DNA from: Amoebidium appalachense
Lineage: Eukaryota; Protista; Ichthyosporea
Direction of reading: 5' to 3'
NCBI GenBank assembly: GCA_963693365.1
Contig: CAVNZM010000002.1
Location: forward strand, 62,001 to 126,000
Length of the DNA stretch: 64,000 nucleotides
Positions within the stretch are counted from its first letter, which is position 1; each line of letters starts with the position of its first letter. The position numbers were made by a program, and so were the translations under genes. The notes beneath the pieces were generated by a model that saw nothing but the letters and a program-made list of their open reading frames with translations, did not search any database and had not been told where the DNA came from. Shown here piece by piece: positions 26,816 to 57,726 of the stretch.

Positions 26816-27315
26816 AGGGACATTACTGTGTGAGCATGATTGCACCTCCACAACTCCACCCTTTGTGAATAGCAGCCACCCACCTCTATCCTCTTCAGGC
26901 CACCGCCCTCCAGCTTTATCTCCACAGAGTCTGCCCCTGCATCCAGCGAGTTTCTGCCTTCGGTCAAGGTCCAAAGAGAGAAAGAATAGGAGGAGGAAAC
27001 AGACAAGCGAGGAAAAATGTTGTACACACACTTAAGCGTTATGAAAGCACAGCGTAAGCACATTAACTCTGTCACACAGAGAACCTGGCTGCACTTTCAC
27101 CATCTTCCTCCTCGCCTCCCCCCCCCCCCCTCCCCCCCCCCCCCCCCCCCCCTCCCCACCCCCAATCCCTCCCTGCGCCCCTTCCCCCCTGGCCCACCCC
27201 GACCATCCTCTTCTTTTTGCGGATACTCCAGAAGCTCCTTGACCACGGCCACTACGCTGGTTGCCACCTGTGTGCTGCCCAGCAGCCGCACCGTGCGTGC
27301 CTCCAGCCGATGCAT
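18989..27315 (-). CDS. PMS1: MutL-family mismatch repair protein, animal PMS1-like, multi-exon
   Basis: ATG at 27315: [30 protein letters not shown]|[23 protein letters not shown]|VRDNGRGI...YTSKL...TYGFR|[19 protein letters not shown]...[18 protein letters not shown] (GHKL ATPase). Then VNGRPV and [13 protein letters not shown]|[12 protein letters not shown], a Pro-rich linker, and PMS1-type C-terminal blocks [11 protein letters not shown]...[29 protein letters not shown] and TCPHGH. Stop TAG at 18989-18991. Confidence 0.92.
20925..21632. repeat. Complex purine-pyrimidine-alternating minisatellite (gtgcttgcacgtgccatgcatgt / gtgcttgcacgtgacaggcatgt) in a PMS1 intron
   Basis: Tandem 21-27-bp units read directly from the sequence. 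Confidence 0.9.
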
Positions 27316-27612
27316 CGTGCCCGTCTGTGGCATACGTGTGGCTGCGGGCCACTGCTATGTTGCTGGCTACTTGGGCAGTCCGGCTAGCGCTATGAGGCCT
27401 GCTGGGTTGTTCCGGTTGCTGACTCTACAGTACAACGTATGTTCGCGTGCCTGCCTGCTGTCCTACATTTGTGTGTGTGTGTGTGTGTGTGGTGCCTATA
27501 TGGGCATCAACACCGTCGACGTCCTGTCACGATTCCGGCACTGAGTTTGTGAGTTGGTGTCGTGCAGTTGATAAAACTCTCGGATTTTGAAAAAAGCGCC
27601 AACGGGCGCACG

Positions 27613-27705
27613 ATTGGCGCGCCAAGCAGCAGCCAATCAGACAGTGGCATGTGAGGCGCCCATTGGCGCGCCAAGCAGCAGCCAATCAGACAGTGGCATG
27701 TGAGG
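27613..27705. promoter_or_regulatory. Duplicated 44-bp promoter module (palindromic E2F-like site plus CCAAT box) ~300 bp upstream of PMS1
   Basis: attggcgcgccaagcagcagccaatcagacagtggcatgtgagg at 27613-27656 and 27662-27705; contains TTGGCGCGCCAA and AGCCAATCAG; the region is CpG-rich. Confidence 0.6.
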
Positions 27706-27733
27706 AATGTGGCTCAGTGCGCACTGTTGCCGG

Positions 27734-28100
27734 GCAGCTGCCAAGGCCTCCTAATCTCCCGGGCCTGGAAGCTGCAGGGTTCGAATCGGAATCTAAAAAT
27801 GGAACAGGCTGGGTTGGATCGATCGAAAGCGCCGCAAAGCCCTCGACGCCTATACCGTAGCTACACACCTACAGTACTCAAATCACGCGAAGCTCTCCCA
27901 AGCTCGCTGGCCCGCGAGAAGAGACACGAATAAAACCGTCATACATATTATATTATACACATAAGCACACATACATGCATAAATATGTATTTATGTTTCA
28001 GCTGTGGAGCTAATGTACATGTGGTTGCGTGTGCCAACCAGCTGGGCTGCAGTGGTATGGGTGGTGGTGGTGGGTATGGCGTAAGAGGTGAAGGGGGGTT

Positions 28101-28141
<41 letters not shown>

Positions 28142-29419
28142 GGGGGGGAAGGAACACTGGCACACACACACGCGCACACACACATACAAACACCCAGTAT
28201 ACACGCACTCGCTCCTTCGCCGAGCAAAGAGCCGAGGGAGAGAAAGAGCTCCTTAACACACACTGGCTTCAGACTCCGGCGTCGGCACAGTGGACACATA
28301 AACACGCACACACCCAAACATGTACACAGTCACACACGCACGCACGCATATACACAAAAGGCCTAAAAAAACACGCACACCCCACATCCGCCCCAAAACC
28401 ACACACACACATACCCACCCACCCACACACACACTTGAGAGCTCTCTCTCGCTCCCTCTCACTCTCCCTCTAGATCTCTCTCTCTCTCTCCCTCCCTCCC
28501 TCCCTCTCTCTTTCTAAGCATAAGAAGCCATGTTTAAAGTGTATATACTTGGTTCAGCACTATTTCATTTTCGAAAGGAGTTGCTAGATGGGCAGGAAAA
28601 AGGTCGGGAGGGAGAGACTATCATTTATTAGTACTGTGAGTGAGTGTGTGTGTGTGGGGGGGAGGGGAGCAACCTCTAGTGATGGACCGGGAAACCACAC
28701 GGTTAGCTGTGCAAAGGGGGTAAATGGGGAAGCACAAAGCCTAGCCAACCAGGCACCCCCCCCAATTGTCAGGATGCGTGGTGGTGGTGGTGGGGGGAGG
28801 GGGGGGGGGGGGGTTGTGAACACAAGTGGGTTTGAGTTGCTTCCTACTATTATCCCTCACCCCCTGTTCCTTCCGTGTGGCGGGTTTCTTAATTCAAAAC
28901 TCCTTAACTTAGTGTAAATATAACCCGCCACCCATTTTGAACGTGGTTGCTCAGAAGCATCCTTCGGCTTTACACTCCGGCACAGTGCCTTTCCTGCCCG
29001 AAGCGTAGTTGCGTAGTTGGAGTGGCAGCCATACACACTGTTCTAAATAGGCATCTTTATACCCCATTTTAGAATAGCTAAATACGTAGCTTAACGATGT
29101 TTTAGAGCCAAGGATGTTAGCATTCGTTTGGTGTTTGTCCAGTAAGCACTAGTGACAACAACAGTCTGAGCTCGAGGCTCAGCCTGCTCGGAAACCGTAA
29201 ACAAGTCAACTACGAACGATGCGATTGGCCAATTTGCCCGCCAAAACCAGCCTGTTACTATTTTCGGAACAGGCCTCTCATTTTTGATGCTATTTTCGGA
29301 ACAGGCTGGAATCGATGATCACTTCGGGTCAGGCTGGAGTAAGCCTGGCCCGGAATTCAGCTTAAGATCGTGACGCACCAGTTTCCAGGCCCGGGAGATT
29401 AGGAGGCCTTGGCAGCTGC
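27734..29419. mobile_element. Perfect 37-bp inverted repeats bounding ~1.7 kb; possible non-autonomous DNA transposon, or two opposed element ends
   Basis: gcagctgccaaggcctcctaatctcccgggcctggaa at 27734-27770 and its exact reverse complement at 29383-29419. No target-site duplication or transposase recognised. Confidence 0.5.
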
Positions 29420-30232
29420 ATGCACAGTGAGCCACCGACAGTGCACCTCCTTGTGTACTTCTCCCTGGGTGAAGATGTTTTCTGGCAGAATGTACAGCTG
29501 AGCCCTGTGCATGCGAGAGCCTTTTCTGTAGTACACACTGCCACGCATACACTTGGCGTGCTGCACGATAGGCCAGCGACCTACCTTGGACATGAGAAGC
29601 ACCGCCAAGGAACACCAGCACACCCACTAGGCCTGCCCTATGGCGGGCACGCGCACGTTTCACTATGTTAAATCACAACCTGACTATGCGCAGGGCGCAG
29701 ACCCACGAGCCACACGGGGTCTCAACCACTAGTCTGCACAGTAGGAGGCCCTCAAATGTAGAGGGCACAATGTGGAGGTAGGTGAGCCTCTGGGGTCCTT
29801 TTTTTGGGGGGGGGGGGGAGGGAGGGGGGAGAGGGGGGAGGGGTCGCCATGGAGGGGAGGAGGAGGGGGGGGGGGGGGGGGGGGAGGAGGCATTTCCCTT
29901 CCTCTTCCTCTATTCGCCCGCTCATGTCTAGCGTCCAACATACAATTCCCCCAATTTACACAACCCTAGAATACTGGACGCGAGAAAGTGAACAACACCC
30001 GCTTCCCACTTAATATAGCCTGAAATTGCTACACACGAGAAAATAAACAGATGGGATGGCTAATGCACGACACGTACGCGATCCTACACACCAACCCAAA
30101 CCCCCCCTCTCGCTCTTGCTCACACACACACACACACACACACAATCTCTCTCTCTCTCTGTACCCCCCCCCCCCCCTCCCCCCCTCTCTCACTCTCTTC
30201 CCACTCTCTCTCTCTGTCTTTCTTTCGGTCTC

Positions 30233-30300
<68 letters not shown>

Positions 30301-30315
30301 GCTCTCTCCCTCTCC

Positions 30316-30476
<161 letters not shown>

Positions 30477-30677
30477 CCCCCCCCCCCCCCCCTCCCCTCC
30501 CCCCTCCCCCCCCCCCTTCCCCCCTTCCTCCCTTGCAGTAGGCAACAAACAAACACACGCTTTTGCACAAGCCAAACAGAACACACCCTCCATCGCACAT
30601 TTTCTTGTCACCGCTTGCGGTTATGTGGATCTGAGCTGCCGGTATAGGATCAAGCCACAGCGTGTGGGCAAGGCAAT

Positions 30678-48995
<18,318 letters not shown>

Positions 48996-49079
48996 CCAGC
49001 ACGCCCAGACCGAACATCCTTTCTCTCGCCTGGATTTCCCCAAATATTTTAATAATTATTTTTTTTCTTTTTTGTGGGA

Positions 49080-49118
<39 letters not shown>

Positions 49119-49851
49119 ATCTGCTGCAACGAATGATGAAAAGGAGGAGTGTGGGCAAGAGGACGGACGACGTATGTGTAAGGCCGGATTGCACGTGGGC
49201 AAAGAAACACGTGACCACCCTTAATTAAGCACCACCCGATGGCATGAAGGGATTGCATCGAATGAAGTTATTTGATTGGCACGAAGGTTAGATGACTGCA
49301 CATATGTGGGGCCGTGTGTTGCTAGGTTTAAACTATGACCCTAGTGATGTGCATGTATTAGCCCCAAATAGGTACCATGAATATTAATGAAATACTTTGT
49401 ATATATCATCTGGTGCGATGCTGTCATGTATATGGTAATTCGTAACGGCCCCAGAAGTCTAGTGAGCTGCATGTAATATTACTCTCTGTCAGCCCATGAG
49501 AGGTATGGATGCAATAGTGTGTATTCGCCCCTAATGAACTCATCTTATAAATAGTTTATGTTGCAGACCATCTTAGTGGCATAGCTATCAGAGGTCTCTC
49601 TACATTTAGTTTAGTTCGTTTAAAGTTTAAATCATACAATACTTCTTGTACAAAAAAATAAATATAAATGCTATTGCCGGTACGGAGTGCATAATGATGC
49701 AAGCACGTGCACACATCCAAGTGTTTGGTGGCAGGTGAATCGCCTGGTGTGCTTGCAATAAAATTGGCCCGACTCCAATATTCCGATTATATTCGGCTAT
49801 CCAAGCACTGCAACGTACGGTGGTGCCGCGCATTTATATCTGTTGGGTGAA

Positions 49852-49902
<51 letters not shown>

Positions 49903-50033
49903 ACCCTAAACCTTAAGAGATCAATTCAATGACCGGGTGATGTATCGTATGGACTTCCGCGATTGATTGGTGGCCCGGTAACCACAACGGTCTCCCCCCC
50001 CCCCCCCCCCCGTATGGGTTCCCTCCGCTTCCT

Positions 50034-50072
<39 letters not shown>

Positions 50073-50998
50073 CCCCCCCGTGCCACCACCACCTCCACCG
50101 CCGCCACCGCCACACACACCGTGACACACACACACACACACACACACATACACACACATCCATTTCAAGCTCAAGATAGCCTTAGTCCATCTACCGTAGG
50201 TGTGTGTAAGTTAGTAGGCATTTTGTGGGCATGGTACCGTGCCCATATTCCTACTTATATTTGTGTTATATTGATACATTTTTTGCATGTTAGCGGGGCA
50301 TGCTGTCCAGCGGTAATGTGGTGTGCCATTGATCAGATATACAACGGTTTGTGCATATCTCATGATGCCAGAGCACGTATGATACGCGCATCTATGTATG
50401 TATGGGTGGACTCACCGACGGTCCTGTGTTTTTCAACGGTTATGGTGCTTTAACAATCCCTGTGTGGCATTGGGGGACTAATATTGCTGTGTTCGTGGCC
50501 TCCTTTGGTGTTTGGGTCATGTGACATGTGTATGGACATGCCGCTTGCACGTAGATTTCCAAACATGTGCATTGGACGTATTCTTCGCCGAGTATTTCAA
50601 GTGGGAAGAAGGAGATCCAATCTGACCGCTTGGGAAGGCGTGGGGAGCACATGGTAAAAATTAGTCTTGTGCAATCCATTGAACGGTTGAAGAATTAGTA
50701 TTATTGATATCATTGGCACTTGGCAATATTTAATCGTTTTGATATGATTAGCACGTGCCACTAGTAGTAGCAAGTGATCAGTCAGTATTATGAATACTGG
50801 GCATTGCCAATAATTTCTAGTGTTATTCACGTTATGTAAGCCCCAGACAGGCGGTTTTGACAGTTGACACATGTGCAACTTCTTTTCATCGGTAAAGAGT
50901 GGTTTTTGGGCTTTCTCGGTCAGTTCGCCCACTTCAGACACGGTTACTTTTTGTGAAACCAAGTGTTCCTTCTCCCTTAGTATACCACACTCAATTGC

Positions 50999-51038
<40 letters not shown>

Positions 51039-51055
51039 TACACACACACACACGT

Positions 51056-51101
<46 letters not shown>

Positions 51102-52852
51102 ACCATCACACACACACACGTGTGTGCGCGCGCACACACACACACACACACACACAGCGTGCGCACCGCATACGTGTATTCGCCTTAGATATTCGGGTGA
51201 TAAGCTTAGTCAGTAAGTTGTCTTGACTGGATACTTGGGCCTGATAATCAGAGCACAAATAGGATACTTTTGATATATCTTTTGATATTCAGGGAGGTTT
51301 TCGGGATATGTTGAGATGATACTGAGGGCATTCGCGAAAAAAAAAAAAAAAAACGGGTTAATCTGGGGGCTTTGCGATATTTTCGTGTTATATCCAGGTT
51401 GATACTCAGGGCGAAAAACAGGATATTTTCATAAGGCCCTAGTGTCTGGAGGCGCACCCACATCCACCCACATATGCATCCACGTGCACTCCTTATGGGG
51501 GCCATCCGTGCTGCCAGTCCAGGCCCTGTCCGAGTGGGCGATGGGCCAGGCTGAGCGTCGATTTCTCTGGTTGGCCGCGCGGATTACCGCTCACACGTGG
51601 CACACACACCGCGTGACGCACGCACGCACGCACGTGTATACCACACACACCGTATGTACCGTAATTCACTGATTCAGAAGTTCGGAATTCGATGGCACAA
51701 CTCGAACATACGCACGCGCACACACACGAGCACGTGTACGGTGTACGCGCCGTCAGCTCACACCACCTGCACAATGCGTGCGCGCTTCGCCGGATCAATT
51801 GTCAACTCAAACGTGTATGTACGTATACGTATATGTACACACGCACGCACGCACGCACACGCACGGCGTACGCAGCACCCTGCACACACAGTGCACACAT
51901 GTACACGTGTGCACACACACTAGCATCACCGTGCACGACAGTGAGTCCGGGCACAAAAGATCAGGCTGTGAAATTAGGGGGTTTAGGGTACCAAAAATGC
52001 CCTAACTTTCCGAAACTGCACCTAACTTTTGGAGGCTAGGTCCACTAATTTTTGAGAAAGTGCACCTTAGTAGGGTCATAGGAAATTACCCCTACTATCC
52101 TCCCCCCCCCCCCCCCCCCCCCCCATATGGCCATATGCCCCCCCCCCCCCCCTCCCGGGGGCCTCCCCCTCCCCCAGTTCGGTTATTGGCGGTTTTATTC
52201 TCTTTTCTTCCTCTCTTCCTCAATATATCCGTTTTAATATGACTATCCTAGATCACCTTATTAATGCTGCACAGTATGATATTGTGATCCGGTGCCTTAA
52301 CTTTCTTTCGGAGCTACCGATGCTAGCATCTGCTTACCCATAATATGTAATAGGGGTGTCATATACTACGATGGCGCTCATTGTTGCCTAGCATGTACAT
52401 ATGTCACTGGCTGCATTTGATTGGCTGCGCTGGAAAACGCAGTAGGCCGTCGAATGTGGCTGGGCCTCCGGCAGTGTCCACGCAATAAAAAGTGTGTAAA
52501 CCCCCTTGTTTTCTTTCGAATATTCTGTCGAGCCCCTTCAAATCCAAGTCTATTGACTCTGGGGAGAGCAGTGGGCGTTGGGCCAACCTATTTTGGGAAC
52601 AGAAGTCTAATTGGTAACCAGAAATAGACCCAAGTTTGCGCGGGGGGTTTACGCTGTTTACTCGAGGCAAAGAGAAACCAGTCTCAGGTATGGGGGGGGG
52701 GGGGGGGGGGGGGGGGGTTGCTCGGAATATCCCCTCAGCGGTATATCATGATCACGTACATAGATGTCGGGTGATGACTATATATCAGGGTTTACTTTCT
52801 CTACGAGACACCATAAAGACTACAAGGAGAAATCAATTAGTTGGGGTTCCCC

Positions 52853-52901
<49 letters not shown>

Positions 52902-52931
52902 GGCTCCCCTGGGACACTCGGTATCAGCTGG

Positions 52932-53036
<105 letters not shown>

Positions 53037-54095
53037 CGCTAGAATTTTGTAGTGATGTGTTTCTCAAGCCAATTAATACATCTAATAAACAGGTCGTAGT
53101 TACGCGTGTTTAGTATAAAATCAAGGATGTTGTAATTTACAGGTAGGCTATCTTTCTGGGTGTCTGTTGTGAATGTGACGTGTGTGTGTTGCGGTATTAT
53201 GTGGTCTATCAAACTACATTTTGGCGATACATGACCGGTTAAACTGGTGTGTGTGTGTGTTGTTTGGGCATGCAAATGATGCCACCTTATACTTATTAGA
53301 TCTCCACTGTATAGCACCTGTACAGTAAAAGCGTGGTAATTGATCAATAATACCATCAGCTAGAGAAAGACCAGTTCTACAGGAAGGTAATATGTATTTA
53401 GGTGTTATACATTTGCGAGTGCCATATTTGGCAATATGGTTGAGGCGGTCAGTATATATAAAACGAGACATAAGGCTTAGTTTTTCAAGGTGTATGCTTT
53501 CATCGGGTCTAGTGTCGTGTGGTATCTTTTTCCATTTGTTATATTGCGTGATTATCTTTGCGCCTTCAAATTAAACCGAATTCGTTATCATTAGTAACCA
53601 ACCATATCCCTTCGCGCCAGTTTCGACGAAACAAAACACACTCTGCCCCTTTTTGGCGCGCTCCCGGAAAAAAACTTCCAGAGGGCCAAGAGCTTTTTCG
53701 TCATGGGTATAAATAGTAAAAGCAGTTGTCACCCACATCCCACTTCGACTTGTAGACCTCCTAATACTAGTTTCCTGGCGGTTTTCATTATACCAATTTT
53801 TTTCATACACCTCGAGCTCAAACTGAAACATGACTGGCAACGAGAGCCAGCCACCTAGTTGTAGGCTACCTGGGGCACGTTTCACCTGGGGCTGCCAGCG
53901 GGTCGAATATCTTCAGGCCCTACATCTAAGTGCAGTTGTGGTTGGCATGTGTAGGTGGGAGGTACACATGTAAGTGATGCTTTGTGGTAGGCATCTAGTG
54001 GGTGGGAGCTGCATTGAAAACGTAGTTATTCGCTTATGTTGAGTTTTTTGGCTCTATTTATGCTTGTAAGTGCCATCGGTGTGTGTGTATGTGTG

Positions 54096-54166
<71 letters not shown>

Positions 54167-54763
54167 TGGTGAGTGTGTGTGTCTATAAATTTCTCTTTTT
54201 GTGCTTTTTAGTGACCGGTGTGTGTGTGTGTGTGTGTGTGTGTTTGTGGTGTGTGTTTGTGTGTCTATAGTTCTTTTTCCTTTTTCTTTTGGGCTCTATT
54301 TGTGCTTTTTAGTGCCATCGGTGTGTGTGTGTGTGTGCGCGCGCGCGCGTGTGTGTGTGTGTGTGTGTGTGTGTTGTGTGTGTGTTTGTGGTGTGTGTGT
54401 GTTAATATTTTTTTCCCCCCTTTTTTCTTTTTCTTTTTCTACAAAAAAATTGCGAATTATAATAGTGTGCAAGCTTGATAAATAGCTTGGCTATAATAGA
54501 TTAGTGGGTAGTGTGACTTAGTCTAGTGTATGGGCAGCGTTGGATGCCTCAGAGTTTAGTCTAGTTAGATTAAGTAGATCTTACTAGTGGCCTGGTGCCC
54601 TACTAGCATCCCCGGTGGTGAATGATGGCCACTGTAGTGGCATGTACATGTCAGATTCAAGCGCATGCCATTGTACTGAGTGTACTCACACACACACATG
54701 CATCACGCACACACACGTACACACACGTACACATACTGCACACACACACATAAACTCACTCAC

Positions 54764-54794
<31 letters not shown>

Positions 54795-55032
54795 TACATG
54801 TCCGTGCAGAGACTGGTGTTACACGGCACACACAGGCACATGTACATACACACACATGAGACACGCCAGAGCTATACCAAAGGCACACACACACGCACCG
54901 TTGCACACACTGCAGTGCACACACACACTCACATGTGTACCACAGTGCACACGTACGCGTACGCACACACACACGCACACATTGGCAGTAGACACACAAG
55001 TACACAAGTATACGACGTACACACGTACACCG

Positions 55033-55079
<47 letters not shown>

Positions 55080-55122
55080 ATATACCGCCCCGTCGGGGGG
55101 TAAAAATATACCCCCGTCACGG

Positions 55123-55169
55123 TTAGGGTCATCGGGCGAGTCGGGCCGTAGGCCCGAAATGCCCCTAGT
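55123..55169 (+). mobile_element. Helitron/Helentron-like terminal hairpin followed by CTAG-T
   Basis: tagggtcat...TCGGGCC-gta-GGCCCGA-aatgcccCTAGt. A GC-rich hairpin a few nt before CTAG followed by T is the standard rolling-circle transposon 3' end. No Rep/Hel ORF seen. Confidence 0.45.
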
Positions 55170-56738
55170 CAAAACAGTAATTTCACAGCCTGCAAAAGAT
55201 GTTGACGCATTCCTTCCCTTTTTGGTTGCCAACGTACATGTGTAGATCAGCCCGGCAATGAGCACCGTTACTCAGTAACCGAGATTTTGCCGGACTCTGC
55301 CAGACTGCCAGTGCCAGACGTCTAATATCAGACTACAGTACAAGCCGCCATCGACGCCGTCTACCTGAGCTTCACGGAGATGATATCATAAACCACGCTC
55401 TGCACATATTATTTTTGGAATTAGCGGGGGATAGACAACTCCGTGCTACTTTTATTTCCTGCAGTGAGACCATGATCAAGTTGAACGGAACATTGTCCGA
55501 CAATAATCCGCAGATGATCTAAACCATTGATCACCCAGACCAACCTTTGCGAGGGGGGCATCACTCGGAAGGGTTTCTCTTGACTGGGATTTATTGATCA
55601 GTGGTCCAGTGGATATGAAGGCAACGTGCGGCCACAGGCTACATGACCACCAAAATAACCGACTTCGAAAGAGCCACAGCGATGATATAAAAAATAAAAC
55701 AACAAGTGACCAAAGGACACCAGCGGGCAAAGTTTGACAGGTCTACGAATAATTCGGATTTCAGGCTGCCGCTGCGGAGGCACGTTGTAGGCATCACGCA
55801 GGCAACTTTTACTACTGTAAAATGTTGTTTTGCGGCCGTTTTGCACCAAAGGAAGTTCTAGAATATGATTTTACATTCAGAACTTGAATCAGAAGCAGCA
55901 GAGGTCTGAAATTTGCGCAATGATTGATCATCAAAACCCCTATTTTCTAAAAATTTGCGCCCGTTCAAATATGATAACTATGTTTCTTTTCAGAATCCGA
56001 TTGGTTGGTTTCTTTTGCTTTACATTCCGTGAGGCATAAGTATTTGTTTTGTCTGATTGATGTTTTGGGATTTGAATGTTTTTTAAACTAATGAATAACG
56101 GGTTAGAAAATTTTTACCTTGCACAGTTCTATTTACTAATAATTTGGTTTCGGAGCATACATAAGCTCGATCTTTTGCACCATGTTTTTACATTATGGTT
56201 GATGAAACACCTTCCGAACATGTCATGGAATTCGACCGGTTTCCGCCAGTGCATCACATGGCACGATGACAACGCTTCACTAATGATATCATTGACCAAA
56301 GAGATGTACATACGTATGCTTTTAGCAATAGTCCTAAGGAAAGGAAAAAAAAACCAGAGACCGAGATATGGAGATACACACCAGAACCTTTTTGCACCAT
56401 CAATCATTGGTGTTCGGAATTTGCGTTCTCGGGGCCGGGATCATGCGGCATATGGTGATACAATTCACATTCCACAATTTAATCGCCCAATCACTGTACT
56501 CCTAATTTGTGAGAGGAATCCATGGGAGTCCAGGGCCCTTCAAAACTAATTTTTTGGGCCAACTGGGCGTTAAATGGGGACAGACCCCTCGCTTATCAAA
56601 AATATAAGGATGAATAATAAAAAATATCGAAGTCAAAGTGGCACAATAATTCTGCTTTTTTTGTTCGCATGATGCATGCGAAAATGCGGTTGCTTGCTCC
56701 ATGGGGACCTGCATGTTGGCATGTGCACGTGATCACCC

Positions 56739-56745
56739 TATAAAT
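56739..56745 (+). promoter_or_regulatory. Candidate TATA box for the cyclin gene
   Basis: ccTATAAAtt ~250 bp upstream of the ATG at 56989. Confidence 0.4.
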
Positions 56746-56988
56746 TCCTCAGCTCCCAGCCGCACTGCCCGCAGGTTCATTGTAAACTTTTGTGACATTA
56801 TCTGTGTCAGTATTACATTGTACACAGGATTGATCTTTAAGTGGATATAAATTACTTTTCTGAGAAAGAAAAATTATTTTTGAATCATTATTTCACGTCG
56901 CCGAGGTCCCACGGTCCCACCTGCTTGAGCATGGAATGTTGATGTGCAGTTTGCATCGCTCTGTGCGGTATGCACCCCCTCGATATCT

Positions 56989-57726
56989 ATGGCCATCTCT
57001 TTGCTGCAGGGAGAAACAGTCCAAAGTTTCCCTGTTGCCACCTTCAACCTTTCGAGCCTTTTCCTGCGTTTTTGCCTCAGTGACGGCACGACTAAACATA
57101 CAACATACACCATGTGGACAAAGGTGCAGGCCTGCGCGGCGCACAGTGGCTGCAGCCTTGTGGATTTTGCCACGCACATACTGGGCGAGGGCCGCCTGGC
57201 CAAGAGCGTCTACGTGACCTCGCTGCTTTACCTGCAGCGTTTTGCTGGAGCCCTGACGGCCCGCGGGTTTCCGCAGGTGTGTCCGCAGTGCCTGTACACT
57301 GGGTCGCTGCTGCTGGCGGCCAAGTATACACACGACGAGCCCTGCGCGCTAGCGTGCTGGGCCGTGTGGTCCGGGTTGAGTGCGGCGTATCTGCGCCAGC
57401 TGGAGCTTTTCCTGCTGCAGGCCGCAGGCTTCGAGCTTGCCGTCGACCAGGCGCAGTTTGAGCGCTGGGCCGCGCTCTTCTCTCGCCAGTGCGACCGCAC
57501 CAGCGACCCTCTGGCAGGTGCCGGGCAGCTGGTGAGCGTTCTGTCACGGCGGCTACTGGCTGTGGACGTCGACACCTCTGATGACGAGCAAGACCTGGCT
57601 CCCGCCTCCCCCCCGACACCCCAGCCTGCCACCCGCCTGTACAGGCCAACACTGGCCGTGCGGCCTGCACGCTACTCGCCATACTCCACACCCGTAGCCC
57701 TCAAGACAGTGGCCCTGCAACTGTAG
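56989..57726 (+). CDS. Intronless Pho80/PCL-type cyclin-box protein
   Basis: Cyclin-box pattern VYVTSLLYLQRF...LYTGSLLLAAKYTHDEPCALACWAVWSGLSAAYLRQLELFLLQAAGFELAV (AAKY..D, W...SG, L..LE..FL....F.L.V), typical of Pho80/Pcl cyclins. Acidic, Pro-rich tail; AATAAA at ~57895. Confidence 0.85.
   Translation: MAISLLQGETVQSFPVATFNLSSLFLRFCLSDGTTKHTTYTMWTKVQACAAHSGCSLVDFATHILGEGRLAKSVYVTSLLYLQRFAGALTARGFPQVCPQCLYTGSLLLAAKYTHDEPCALACWAVWSGLSAAYLRQLELFLLQAAGFELAVDQAQFERWAALFSRQCDRTSDPLAGAGQLVSVLSRRLLAVDVDTSDDEQDLAPASPPTPQPATRLYRPTLAVRPARYSPYSTPVALKTVALQL

Noticed and set aside
27703-27790. tRNA or tRNA-derived SINE (TGGCTCAGTG A-box-like and GGTTCGAATC B-box-like words)
   Set aside because: I cannot build a cloverleaf or T-stem, and the inverted partner lacks the B box. 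tRNAscan-SE would be decisive.
56726-56731. CACGTG as a Pho4-type site regulating the Pho80-like cyclin
   Set aside because: CACGTG is extremely common throughout this window, so one occurrence carries no information.
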